NCBI RefSeq assembly: GCF_009914755.1
Contig: NC_060947.1
Length of the DNA: 64,000 bases
Direction: 5' to 3' (one strand)
DNA from: the human T2T-CHM13v2.0 reference genome, Homo sapiens
Shown piece by piece: positions 1 to 14,148 of this stretch; position 1 is the first letter of the stretch; every line of letters starts with the position of its first letter. The notes below the pieces were generated by a model. It was not told the origin of the DNA and ran no database searches. It was given only the letters and a program-made list of their open reading frames with translations. The position numbers were made by a program, and so were the translations under genes.

Positions 1-764
1 AGGCTGAGGGTGAAAGAGAACTGCAGGTATGAGAGTTAACACAAAGACAGTAGCACACAGAGCGGACGAGATGACCCAGCTGGATATAGAGTAAGAAAAA
101 AAAAAAAGACAATTTAGAGGGCGAACAGAGCAGGAGCATCTCCAGAGAGGAGGGACATAAATGGTCAGAGATAGGACAAGGAGTCAGAAGTGAAAAGGAT
201 CCTAGAATTCTTTAGAGGGAGGCAAGGAATGAGAGGGAGTAGCAACTGAACATGATCTTGGAGGAGGTGTGGGGCAGGACCAGGACTACGTGAGGCCAGA
301 GAGTACTTACTCGGCTTACAGGACCCTGAGAGGGAGTGCCCCCTTCCATTTCGCACCCTGGTCATCTCTTTTGTTTTATGCTAGTCTCGACCCTAGTGAA
401 GAGGTGGGAATCTTCTGAAACATGAATGAGAGAGTGATGATAATAGATAAATGTGGAAGTGGGATATCAAGAAACAGAGGGGAGTCCCTGCCTGGTGTGC
501 TGTTTGTTCTGCAGAAATGGGGTCGGGAAATTTGATGAAGAAAAGCTTTGGCCTGATTCCCATGGAGAATAGCGTAAGGAATTTTTTTTTTTTGCAGCCC
601 TGAGATCTTGGCAACCAGCACATTATCTTACTGCTTTTCACTTCAAGAACCTGAAGTTAGAAGTGAAGTGCTTTGCCCCCACTACACTGGAGGTTGGTAG
701 GAGGTGGGTAAGGTGGCAGTGGGACTAAAGTATAGATCTTCAGAGAGCGACAGAGAGTGGCCTT

Positions 765-1120
765 GAGTCCCAGTGTCCGGGCTCAAACATGGCTCCATCA
801 CTTCCCGGTTGGGTAACTTAAGGAAAGGGGCTTATCTCCATGTCTCTGTTTCCCGATTCTTAAACGAGGGATTATGGGGTTCCTTTGAGGGTGATCAAAA
901 TGTTTTGGAAATAGAGCTGGTGGTTGCCCAATGTGGTGAATAGACTAAATGTCACTAAATTGTTGACCTTAAAATGGTTCATTTTATGCTATGCAAATTT
1001 AATCTCAATTTTAAAAGAGGGATGACTACATCAACTTTGTAGGGTTATTTTGGGATTAAATGGGTCAATCCACATTAAGCAATTAGAACCAAGCCTGGCA
1101 TATGGTAAGCCCTCCAGTGA
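765..1120 (+). mobile_element. MIR SINE interrupted by an L1MB-type 3' fragment (~875-1016)
   Basis: MIR-like halves (tctctgtttccc... / agggttatttt gggattaaatgg...cctggcatatggtaagc) flank an L1 3' end (gtgatcaaaatgttttggaa...aaaatggttcattttatg); imperfect TSD taaacgagggat / taaaagagggat. Confidence 0.7.
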
Positions 1121-1799
1121 CACTGATTATGAATATATCCTGGGCCAGCTGCTTCATTACATGTAAGTGCCATGAAAATGTGCTCAAGGGATCCAGACAA
1201 CTCAAATGTCTCCATTTTTGCCTAATGAATGATTAAACACCAAACATTTATATTTAAAAATGTATTTCCTTTTAGAATGTGTCTGGAGTATCATGTCCTT
1301 CACATTGAAACAGCAAGTTCCTGTTTCATTAAGCTGTACTTTGTCTTTTAAAAATTAAATACAGCATTAAAAAAAGACGACTGCTTTAAATGGCAAAAAA
1401 ACAGTCATCTTTTCTTACCCTGAGCAATAACACGAGAATACTTAATAGTACATATTGTGCAAAAAGATATTTCAAATTGAGCTGCCAGCAATTTACAACG
1501 GATATATTAACACTTTTTATTCAAAAAGTGTGAGATTAAGAAAGACATTAGGAGGCAGTCAAAATCTTTAACAGTTTGTAAATAGATACAAATAAAGATT
1601 AAGGCTCCTTTCTTGAAATAAAATGAAACATTTTCATTTTTTAAAAAGCCTACACTTTTCTAGGGCTTAAGGAGAAAAATGTAACAACAAAAACTATATT
1701 GGGGAAAATTAACACAGCAAATGGCATATTCCTTGACAATTAGATTCAATAAATATTCACTGAGCACTGACTATACTCAACACATTCTGGAAGGTGCTA

Positions 1800-2424
<625 letters not shown>

Positions 2425-2889
2425 TTAATATTTCAAACAGGATAGGCCCTATGATGCCTGTATTTCAGTGGAAACCTGACCTTGATGAGCAATAAAATCA
2501 AAACCTATTTCTGTAATTTCCAGCTGTTACTAGAATAGCCCAACAATAGAAAGGCAAAAATAGTGACAAGTGCCTTTGAGCACAGAGAACGAGTATCCAT
2601 CTCCATCCTTGAGATGGTGACAGTTGCATGCAGTTAGTGGGAAAAACATCCTCAAAGCCAAAAGAAGTAGGGTAACCCCAGATGAATATATGAGGAGGCA
2701 AAAGTGAAGTTTCTCCAGGCAGAGCTGAATGAGGGGTGCTCATAGGGACTAGTAAGGATGCATGAATTATGGGAAGCTGCAGGGGACTATCAGGAAAAGG
2801 AATCAAGGTGGAGGCGAGTCCTAACATAGGTTTGAAAGAGAACAGACATCATATGGCAGAGGAGGACTGGCATGAGCAAAAGGCCGCAC

Positions 2890-3485
2890 GGGTAGCTCCT
2901 CAAGAAGTTAAACATCCAATTACTGTCTGACCCAACAATTCCACTTCTAGCTACATACCCAAACGAATTGAAAACAGGTGCTCAAACACTTGTACACACA
3001 TGGTCACAGGAGCACTCTTCACAATAGCCACAAGGTAAAAACAGCCCAAATGCCCATCAACTGAGGAATGGATACATGAAATGTGATCTATCTGTACAAT
3101 GGAATAGCAGTCAACGATACAAAGGAATGAACTCCTGGCACATGCTACGACATGGATGAATGTTGACAACATTATGCTCAGTGAAAGAAGCCAGACACGG
3201 TAGGCCACATGTTGTGTGATTCTATTTATATGAAATGTCCAGGATAAGCAAATCCATAGAGACAGAAAGCAGATTAGTGGTTGCCAGAGGTGGGGGAAGG
3301 AGATGGGGAGTGACTGCTTAATGGTATAGGGTTTTCTTTGGATGACAAAAATGTCCTAGAACTAGATAGTGATGTTTGTACAACATTGTGAATGTACTAA
3401 ATGCTACTGAATTGTACACTTTAAAATGGTTACAATGATCAGTTTTATGTTGGACATATTTTACCACAATAAATTAAATTAAAAG
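2890..3485 (+). mobile_element. L1MB-type LINE-1 3' end
   Basis: cccaacaattccacttctag, ctcttcacaatagcc, gacagaaagcagattagtggttgcc, tgaattgtacactttaaaatgg, terminal aataaa. Confidence 0.9.
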
Positions 3486-4968
3486 AATTCCACAAGAACA
3501 ACGATGAAAAAGACATGCTGAGTTACAACGATGTGTTATGTGGAAAGAAGAGAACCAATGGTAATTTCAATTGTCACAGAGATGAGATTAACTTGATATA
3601 AGCACCTAAGGCAATCTTTCTTTCATCAAAGATCAAGGAGGACACCATAACCAACAAACAATGGCCATCCTCAAGGCTCTGCACAGTTTAAGATTACAGA
3701 TTAGGTCCTACACTACTTCCAGATCACCAATAAGTGTATTAATATGTCCATAAAGGATCACTGATAAATTGTTGACTGGTTATCAAGGAAGACACATAAG
3801 TGAACGTACAACATGTCTGCATCATTATCTTCAAAATGGAAGTCTCATTTGTTAAAATTTTTGACATACAAATGTTCTCTGATGAATACCCATAGGCCCT
3901 ATGTTCCTGGCATGCCCAGGAGTGGTACCAAAAGCCCTGCTGCAGTAGATAATGTCACAGGGAACTTTAAGCTGTTTATGAGAAACATTAGGAAATGAGA
4001 GGCCACTGTGCAGGGCAGATGGTGGGATGGATCCAGCCAGATGGTCAATGGTGGTCTGGAACAATCTTCCATTTGTGAAGATGGCTGACTGCTGACTCTG
4101 AAGGCAGAAGGAACTTTAAGCCTGTGCAAGCTCAAGTCACAGCACATCTGCCTATAATCACTGGGGACAGCAGACAAGAGAATGGCTGTTCTCGGTGGAA
4201 CCCAGCCTCCATTATAAAGTGCTGTATGTCCGACTTGAGTGGGCTTGTTGTCTGGCAACGTCTGAGGTGACATCATGCACATACCATGATGCTGTGTCAC
4301 CTCCTGGAATAACAGACAACTCACTGGAGTAATTTGGGAACACCATCTCAACTCCCGAATTTGGGGGCAGGGCTGTAGTTCATGCAAGTGCACAGACAAG
4401 ACCATTTTTTGGATCACACAATTTCCAGCTGTGTATTTCAGTATCATTGCAAGGCCTGGGTCACAGGGCAGGAGAGGACACTTCCCTGACCTTACACTCC
4501 CACAAAACAGCCCCTCACCACCCCAAGGCAGCTCAAGATCCACTGGGAAACGCGTAACAGCTAGAACTGCAGATGATTAGAGCAGCTCTCAGTCCCACTA
4601 AGTAAGGCTCTCTTTCTAGAAGTGGGATGCATCATCTAGCAGTTGAAGAGTGGATTGTGATATGGGACGAAACAAACCTAACAAGATCCCAGTGTTCTCT
4701 AAAATGTAAATTATGTTCCACCAAAAGGTGTGGGAGCATGTAAACTTGACAAGGATAGTGAAGTAGAGTTTCCTTAGGACATCTGATAAAGCATGAGCTA
4801 TGTCAACAGAGCAGAGTTTGGGAGTGAGTGGACTAGAATTGGTAAAGTTCACAGAGAACCAAGTCATTTAAGTGAAGTATTAAGAAAAAGAAGTTGTTCC
4901 AGAAACTATACATCTGGCCACCTGGGTCCTTTGCATCACTTGATTGTATCTAATATTTTAAAAAAATG

Positions 4969-5252
4969 AACCAGGCACAGTGGCATACATCTGTAATCCC
5001 AGCACTTTGGAGGCCAAGGCAGGCAGATCGCTTGAGCCCAGGAGTTCAAGACCAGCCTGAGCAACATGGCAAAATCCCATCTTTACAAAAAAAACCCCTG
5101 AAAATTAGCCAGGCATGGTGGTACATTTCTGTAGTCAAAGCTACTTGGGAGGCTGAGGTGGGAGGATCACCTGAGCCTAGGGAGGTTGAGGCTGCAGTGA
5201 GCTGTGATCATGCCACTACACCCCAGCCTGGGCATTAGAGCCAGACTCTGCC

Positions 5253-5281
<29 letters not shown>
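4969..5281 (+). mobile_element. AluJ
   Basis: ttgagcccaggagttc and gaggctgcagtgagctgtgatc J diagnostics; long poly(A). Confidence 0.95.
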
Positions 5282-5283
<2 letters not shown>

Positions 5284-5284
5284 C

Positions 5285-5520
5285 ACCATATTTGCTTCGC
5301 CTTTTTTTTCCCCTAGTTTAAGTCCTTCTGACATTTCACAACTAAATATCTCAGTAAGTATCTTGAAAAAATAAGCATTTTCTTACATAAGCACAACACT
5401 ATTATCACTCATACAAGAGTTAATGTTTCTTAATATCATCCAAGATCTGCCTATATTCAAATTTCAACAATTATCCCCCCAAATAGTTAATGACAGTTGG
5501 TTTGATTGAATCAGGATTTG
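5285..5520 (-). mobile_element. Old L1 (L1MC/ME-like) 3' fragment
   Basis: ttcttacataagcacaacactattatcac...ttcttaatatcatc...atattcaaattt resembles the reverse of an old L1 3' UTR. Confidence 0.5.
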
Positions 5521-6042
5521 ACGAGGTCAGAAGTAACTCTAGCAAGGTAGAGAACAACAAATGGAAAATTATACCTTAATAAAGCTGTTAAAAAAAAAAA
5601 TCAAAGGAATCTCCCAAACTCTTACGAATATTCTATTCAGAGTTTAAAGTATGGGGGAAAATAGTAACTGATTAGAGACAAGAAGGTTTTTTTTTTTTTT
5701 CCTCTCCCCTACCCTTTCCACTTGCATATGCTCTAATTATTCCTATCAGCATGGGTCAGGGAGACCACCCAATGGGAAGGTGGGGGAAGGGGTACCAAAG
5801 AACAGAGCAGAGGGGTCTGGGAGTGAGAAGCAAGCATTCAAATAATTTTTAAAAGAATCTATGTAGACACTTTGTGAACATAAAATAGTGTTAGGCCACC
5901 AGCATCTACTGAAGGGCAGCTCTGTGCCAAATAATTTCACATGTATCTCCTGTAATGCTCAAGGAGAGCCTTCAATAATTTTTTACTAATGTCATTATGC
6001 AGATAAGGAAACTGAGGCTGTAAGGAAGTTTAGTGGCCTGCT

Positions 6043-6537
6043 GTGGTAGGCAGCATCATACCCCCCACCCCAAGATGTCCACATCCTAATCCTTGGAACC
6101 TGTGAATTACATGACATGGCAAACGGGGGATTAAGGTTGCAGATAGAATTAAGGTTGCTAATCAGATGACCAAAGATTATCCTGAATCATCCAGGTAGAC
6201 CCAACGTTATCACAGGGTACTTAAGTGTACAAGAGAGAGGCAGAAGAGGTCCAAGTGATGCGATGTGAGAAAAACTTAACCCACAGTTCCTGGCTTTGAA
6301 GATGTAGGAAAATGGCCACAAGCCAAAAAATGCATGTAGCCTCTAGAAGGTGGAAAGGGCAAGGAAATGGATTCTCCCCTAGGGCTTCTAGAAAGAAACA
6401 CAGTTCATCTACACCTGGATTTTAGCCCAGTGAGACCTGCGTCAGACTTCTGACCTCCAGGACTATAACAAATTTGCATTGTTTTAAGCCACTAAATTTG
6501 TGGTAGTGTCTTAGAGCGGCCACAGGAAACAGATACA
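6043..6537 (+). mobile_element. MaLR solo LTR (MLT1D-like)
   Basis: TG...CA ends; ccccaagatgtccacatcctaatccttggaacctgtgaa, gaattaaggttgctaatcag, gacttctgacctccag, ttttaagccactaaatttgtggt. Confidence 0.9.
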
Positions 6538-6700
6538 GCAGGGATATAAGAACAGCCCCACAGTAGAACATCCTTGGCTTTGACAACAGTACTGTATTTG
6601 GAATGTTTATTTCCCTCCCTCCCCCAACAAGTAGATATACCTTTTATGATGTATCTAAACTAAAAATCTGTCTGCTTTCCGTAAGCAGGTCATAACTTAC

Positions 6701-6794
6701 GGTGAAGATCCACATAAGAACAGATTGGCTGGCAGCATGAGCCACCCAGGGGTTAAAAACTCACTGAAGGGAAGCTGTAGTATAGACAGTCTAC
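6701..6794 (-). other. Candidate 94-nt internal exon (probably non-coding/5'UTR) of a minus-strand gene
   Basis: Minus strand: tttgaatctttgttgtccacag|GTAGACTG...GATCTTCACC|gtaagt; unique sequence; no recognisable protein. Confidence 0.5.
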
Positions 6795-7182
6795 CTGTGG
6801 ACAACAAAGATTCAAATACAATGCTGCTGGTTGTTTTCAGTGGGAACTTTCTATCAGGACAGCCAGAGGCTTCTTCCAATTTAGACTGTTAAATTCGACT
6901 CAGGGAGGATGTAATTACATCAATTCTGAAAATTCCAGTAAGGAGAAGCCAGCCCAGAAACCTTGTAAATATTATACCATACAGCAGCATCCAACAAAAG
7001 AACCTAAATAAAACATGAATAGCTTCAAACACAAAAGGCGTGGTTCAAACACTTGATTCCAAAAGCTACCCAAATACTCAGCATTTACATTAAAAAGATT
7101 ACAATGAAAGGAGTATCACTCTGCTCCTCAGCCATGTTTAGTAGTGCTTTTTACTCTGAGCAATCATCTCTAGCAGCAAAAA

Positions 7183-7360
7183 ACAGGGATTCCCCAAATT
7201 CTGAGGTGCATCAGCTGGAGGGCTTGTTAAAACACATTGCTGGGCCCACTTCAGAGTTCAGTATGTCTCCTGGGGTGGGACCTGAGGATTTGCATTTCTA
7301 GCAAGTTCCCAGGTGATGCTGATGTTGCTCGTCCAGGAAGCACACTTTGAGAACCGCTAG
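7183..7360. mobile_element. MER5A (hAT-Charlie MITE)
   Basis: ggagggcttgttaaaacac, tttgcatttctagcaagttcccaggtgatgctgatg, cacactttgagaacc. Confidence 0.85.
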
Positions 7361-7789
7361 TATAAACCCATTAGTACTACCTGAAAATTAGCTGCACTTG
7401 GAGGAATCAGAGCCTGCCTTTTGTTTATGAAGACCAGAGCATGGCCATTTGACTCATCAGTGGCAATTTTCAGCTTCTGTGAGGGATTCTTTGCTCTTGC
7501 TTCGCAAAGAACACAACAATCCTTTTGCTAACACACGGATTCTTCTAGGAATGTGCGAGCATGTGCATGGTTATGTCATAGTCTGAAATGGCAGGCCACG
7601 TTAGCGTAAAGGTCTCTCTACTCTCCTATACAAGCAGAAAATGATCTCTTTCACAACACAAGGCCAGTGATGGGGTTGTTGTAGAGGAATCAGCTATGCT
7701 CAAAGCAGGGGACAGAGAGCTATGTCCAATCTTACATTCTTGAAAGCAGATAGTAGTGGTCGTCTCTCTCCTGCTCCCATTAAATCTCC

Positions 7790-8640
<851 letters not shown>

Positions 8641-8658
8641 TGTGAAAGTGAAATACAG

Positions 8659-8953
<295 letters not shown>

Positions 8954-9174
8954 GAATGAGATATAAGAGCACAATTTTCAGTGACGATGATGATGATTTA
9001 ATAGCTAATGCTGTAATAGAATAGCTCACTGCTAAGTACCAATCTGAGGCCTTTGTTTTAGTTTATTTAATCCTCATGACCCTAGGAGATAGTTACTATT
9101 ACTGTCCTGAGTCTTCAGGTGAGGAAAAGTACACATGAAGAGGAATCTGCCAAAGATCACAAAGCGAGCAAGTA

Positions 9175-9254
9175 TTAGGTTGGCGCAAAAGCAATTGCGG
9201 CTTTAGCCATCAAAAGCAATGGCCAAAACTGCAAATGCTTTTGCACCAACCTAA
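9175..9254. mobile_element. MADE1 (Hsmar1-derived 80-bp MITE) inserted in a MIR
   Basis: ttaggttggcgcaaaag...cttttgcaccaacctaa, 80-bp quasi-palindrome, TA at the flanks. Confidence 0.92.
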
Positions 9255-9834
9255 ATAGCAGAGCTTGGCTGTGAATCCAGGCATTGAAGCTACAGAGCTT
9301 ATTCTCTTAAAAGCTACAATACAATCATCTGCCTCTCAATGTCATCCTGATCTGGTTTTCCAGAAGCACAATCTGAAGGCAGAATGTTCTTCCAATTCAC
9401 ATAGAAACATTTTACAAATTGCTAGTTCCCCACTGCGCTCTTCAGACAAAAACACAGATTTTATGTGGAAAGTGGTTTAGTTTCTAATATCAACTATTTG
9501 AAGGAGTCTTTCATATTTTTTTTTTCAGAGAGCTCCTTTTCTCAATGTTTAAGTCCCCTTTCTAAATTGGAGCAGGAGTCTTGATTGGTTATCAATCTCT
9601 CAGTGCCTGGGTTTAGGAATGAAGGTCCAAAGCTGTGTTGTCCAACATGGTAGCCGCTGGCCACATGTCACCAGTGGGCATATGATTGGGGCTAATCCCA
9701 AATGAGAAGTGCTCTAAGTGTAAAATTTACATTGGACTTCAAAAATAATGTAAAACAACTCAGTAATTTTTTATATTGGTCACATGTTGAAATAACATTT
9801 TGGAAATACTGGGTTAAATGACATGTATTGTTAG

Positions 9835-10128
9835 GGCCAGGCACAGTGGCATACAAGCCTATAATCTCAGCACTTTGGAGAGGTCAAGGTGGGAGAATCA
9901 CTTGAGCCCAGGAGTTTGACACCAGCCTGGGGAACATAACGAGACTTCGTCTCTTAAAAAAAAAAAAAAAAAATTAGTCAGGCGTGGTGGTACACACCTG
10001 TAGTCCTAGCTACTAAGGAGGATCGCTTGAACTCAGGAGTCTGAGGCTGCAGTGAGCTATGATTGCACCACTGCATTCCAGCCTGGGCGATAGCGTGAGA
10101 CCCTGTCTCTAAACCAAAAAAAAAAAAA
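9835..10128 (+). mobile_element. AluJ (small right-arm deletion)
   Basis: J diagnostics; tactaaggag|gatcgc deletion junction. Confidence 0.93.
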
Positions 10129-10157
10129 TTTTAAACATATTGTTAAATTAATTTCAC

Positions 10158-10453
10158 GGCCAGGCGTGGTAGCTCATGCCTGTAATCCCAGCACTTTGGG
10201 AGGCCAAGGCGGGCAGATCACAAGGTCAGGAGTTCAAGACCAGCATGGCCAACATGGTAAAACTCTGTCTCTACTAAAAAGTACAAAAATTAGCCAGGCG
10301 TGGTGGCACACGCCTGTAATCCCAGCTACTCAGGGGGACTGAGACAGGAGAATGGCTTGAACCCGGGAGGCAGAGGTTGCGGTGAGCCGAGATCCCACCA
10401 CTGCGCTCCAGCCTGGGCGACAGAGTGAGACTCCATTTCAAAAAATAAATAAA
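10158..10453 (+). mobile_element. AluS (Sg-like)
   Basis: gatcacaaggtcaggagttc; TSD ttaatttcac. Confidence 0.93.
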
Positions 10454-11002
10454 TTTTAAAAAGTTAATTTCACCTGATTTTATCCATTCAAATAATTTTC
10501 AATAGGCTGCTAACCTTAAAAAAGTTACATATGTGGCTCACATTTCTATCAGACAGTGCTGGTCTAGAATACTCTAGAATAGTTCATATTATATAAAATA
10601 TCTAGCATAGTTCTCCATGTCAGAAATATATACTTTCTCAGTCAGGTTTTTATCTGGAAACAAATATTAGATTCCTCTAGACTCTGAATGACAAATGAAT
10701 TCACCAGGCCTCCTCTGACTTAGCCAAATGCACAAGATTACATAATCTGATGTTCCTCATCAGTTTCAAGAGTAGTGAATGGGGTTGTCATAAACCATTG
10801 TTCTGAAATAAAGAGAAAATGTTTTTAAGGACCTATCAATCGATAATGCAAACTCTCTAACCTAAGGATTCTGCAGATTTTACCTCACTTTTATTTACTC
10901 TCATGAAAAGATTCTGGAACCATGGCGTAAGAAGAAATAATAAGCAGTCTCCATTTTCTTGCCACATTTTCCCCTGAGAGCTACAAAATAATGCAGCATG
11001 TC

Positions 11003-11146
11003 ATTAAGTGGGTTGAGTTTTCCCATAGACATCAGATAATTAAACCTGGGTTCCTGACCAAGGACTCCAGATAAAAGAGACAAAGATGCAAATAAATGTG
11101 ACAGAAGGAAACATACAACCTCTAGCTTGTGTAAGTATTTGAAATA
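11003..11146 (+). repeat. 144-bp dispersed duplication, copy 1
   Basis: Ungapped match to 13786-13929 with 17 mismatches by hand count (~88%). Confidence 0.92.
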
Positions 11147-12972
11147 TTGAGAGAAGGTCCTATGTAGTGATGGACTCAAATGACACGACCCAACAGAGCA
11201 CACGGCCTGCCCAAAATTTATAGGAGAGAAAACGAAAAACCCAGAAAAAGGGGTAGAAAATAACATTTGTTGGGCATCTCTATATATTCTTCATATGTCA
11301 CCTCATCGAGGGAGACATCCAGTAATTTCTTAGTACAGGAAGGCATCTTGTTCCCCAACTCTGCATTCCCAGAACAGGACATTTGAAAACAACTATCTGT
11401 ACCACTTTTCTTACAAAGTCCTAAACTGTGCATAAGTAAAATTATCAAGTATACACGGAGGATTGGTTTACTATAAAGTATATAGGTATCATATAAAAAA
11501 TAAAATTTCATTGTGACTTTATTTCATCCCAAACTAACATATTAGATAACATAAGCACCAAATATTCCATTAATTATCTTACTTGCCACCTTAGAAAAAG
11601 GAATTCTTAGCTGTTCAAATAGATGTTCAGGAAGTTTAAGCTCAATCTCTCTCTTTTTTTCCTTTTAATCAGTTTGCCCCTGGCAAATAGAAGCATTCAA
11701 AAATGACATCCCCAAAATTAACCCTTACAGTTTCTCAATAGTGAAAGAAGGCATGTAAAGTCTGATTGGGGTGAGCGGGCCAGGACTCCTAGAGGTGGCC
11801 CTGGCCTCCATCCTATACCCTGCTACTTCTGGCCCCTCCTCCTCAGTGAAATCTTCAGAGGCTGGTGGAGGATGCCCAAGTGATGGCAGGGAGGTGCCAC
11901 CCGCTTCGGAAGGATGCAAAGGTCTTTTGTATGAACAACAACCCCCCGTCCCCGCCCCACCAAGGGCCAGGCATCTTGTGGTCCCACCCCCCTCCATCTT
12001 AAGTCACTGCTGCAGACAAGCGTGATGGATGGTGCCTATGAAGTACAGTCAAGGCAGTCAGTGACCGCAAGAATGAGCGGAGAAGCAAAGGGTGCGTGCC
12101 AGGGAAACAAGGCTGCCTTAGAGAGGAAGTCTGATAGTATTTTATGTTTGAGTTTCGAGTGGTTTTAGTTTTTCACTCCTACTGCTTTCCAATGTTATAA
12201 TGGCTCCAAATGAAAAACTGACATATCTTTTTGTTAAGCTAAAACACAAAGAACGAATGCCTAAGAAGCACAAAATGTATACGTATGCTTTTGCGATATA
12301 CTTGTAATATGTTAAGTTAGCAACAGAAATAAAATTTTGACCTATCTACCACTTTCTCCTGATTCTACAACACCTAAGCATAAAACACATTCATTTTTTT
12401 CATTATGTGCTGCAAAAAGACCTCACTGAATTAGCTTTCTACATATGCAGGGATGCAAATGTATTCAAATCTAAGCTAATGAATCAGAAAGCAAAATCTC
12501 TCTGAAGTTTCACGTTTAATCAATGATTAATTTAACCCAAATGCCTTTAGGAACTCAATTGCTATCTTTGTAGGCTACTACATTTTTCTCCAGTGAAATC
12601 TGAAAACATTTCCCCTAAATCCTGCATTTTTTCATCTTTATGTTTATAGTACTGTGAGTATCAGGATAGAGTTACTTTACTTGAGTACCTGAAAAACGCT
12701 TCCACACAAAGGCAGTATTTATAAGTTCCCAGCACTATGGACATTACAGGGCATGGAAGGGATAGAGTCCCTATATAATCCCAGTCATTCCACACCTCTA
12801 TACCCGAATTTCAAGACATTTCCTCTCTTAGCCTACATGAAAAGAGGCCACAAAACCCTAAGCAGTCGTTCTTCTGCTGACATGGTCACTTCCCCAGCCC
12901 TGAACAGGACTGACCATCAACATCAAACCAAAGAGAATGACATCTCCTAAGTGCCACCTCTCTCTACCTTAA

Positions 12973-13381
<409 letters not shown>

Positions 13382-13785
13382 CGAGCCTTCATCTTTGAAC
13401 GACATTAACTGCCATCCTATCCATGCCAATCTGTCCACTGATAAATGCTTTGTGTTTTCCCTGCTGGTAACAATGACAAAAGATAACCTCAAATGATGAG
13501 GACTAAAGAGGGAAGAGTTAAGTTAATCACTTTGGGTTTCTCCTTCAGGAGGGCCTGTAGGGACATCTTGGGGGAAGATACAGAAAAGCATGTTGGAGTG
13601 AATAGCATGGCATACCATCTTGATTACACAAGACACACTGGTAACAAGAGGACACCACATCTCTTCCAGTTGCTGCAGAGGCAACAGCGTCCACAGGAAA
13701 GTCTCAGAAGCCCACCAGTCTGTTTTTACCACAGACCAGTCACAGATTTGAGCCTCCTGGGCTTACTTTCCTCCTTGAAGTTATA

Positions 13786-13929
13786 ATTAAGTGGGCTGCG
13801 TTTTCCCACAGACATTAGATAACTGAGCCTGGATTCCTGACCAAGGACTCCAGATCAAAGAGACAAAGATGCAAATAAATGGGACAGGAGGAAACATACA
13901 ACCTCTCCCCTCTGTAAGTATTCAAAATA
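13786..13929 (+). repeat. 144-bp dispersed duplication, copy 2
   Basis: Ungapped match to 11003-11146. Confidence 0.92.
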
Positions 13930-13979
13930 CAGCCATTTGCAATGGAGGGAGAAAAGAGTGGTGGTTTTTAAGGAAATTA

Positions 13980-14148
13980 GACTTAAAGTTGGCTGCACTT
14001 AGAATCACCTGGGTAGAGTTTCATAGTCTCTCACTAGGCTGCACCCTAGAAAAATTAAATCAGAATTTCTGCAAATGGAACCCAGAGAGCAGTCGCTTGC
14101 AAAGCTCCTCAGCTGATTCCAATGTACAGTGAAGTTTGAGAACCAGTG
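13980..14148. mobile_element. MER5-family MITE
   Basis: ggctgcacttagaatcacctgg, aaatcagaat, gtttgagaacc. Confidence 0.75.

Larger units (their letters stand above)
9631..10561. mobile_element. MER33 DNA transposon split by two Alus
   Basis: tgtccaacatggtagcc...ccacatg at left, catatgtggctcacatttctatcagacagtgctg at right; internal piece aattaatttcac between the Alus. Confidence 0.8.

Noticed and set aside
3899-4543. Longest ORF (214 aa, minus strand)
   Set aside because: Starts at GTG, has a Cys/Pro/Ser-rich random composition, no recognisable domain and no clear splice boundaries; probably a chance ORF (PhyloCSF or BLASTp would settle it)
6701-6790. Frame VYTTASLQ*VFNPWVAHAASQSVLMWIFT with an in-frame TGA (selenocysteine or pseudogene exon?)
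   Set aside because: No homology I recognise, a TAG also sits in that frame at the exon start, and there is no SECIS evidence
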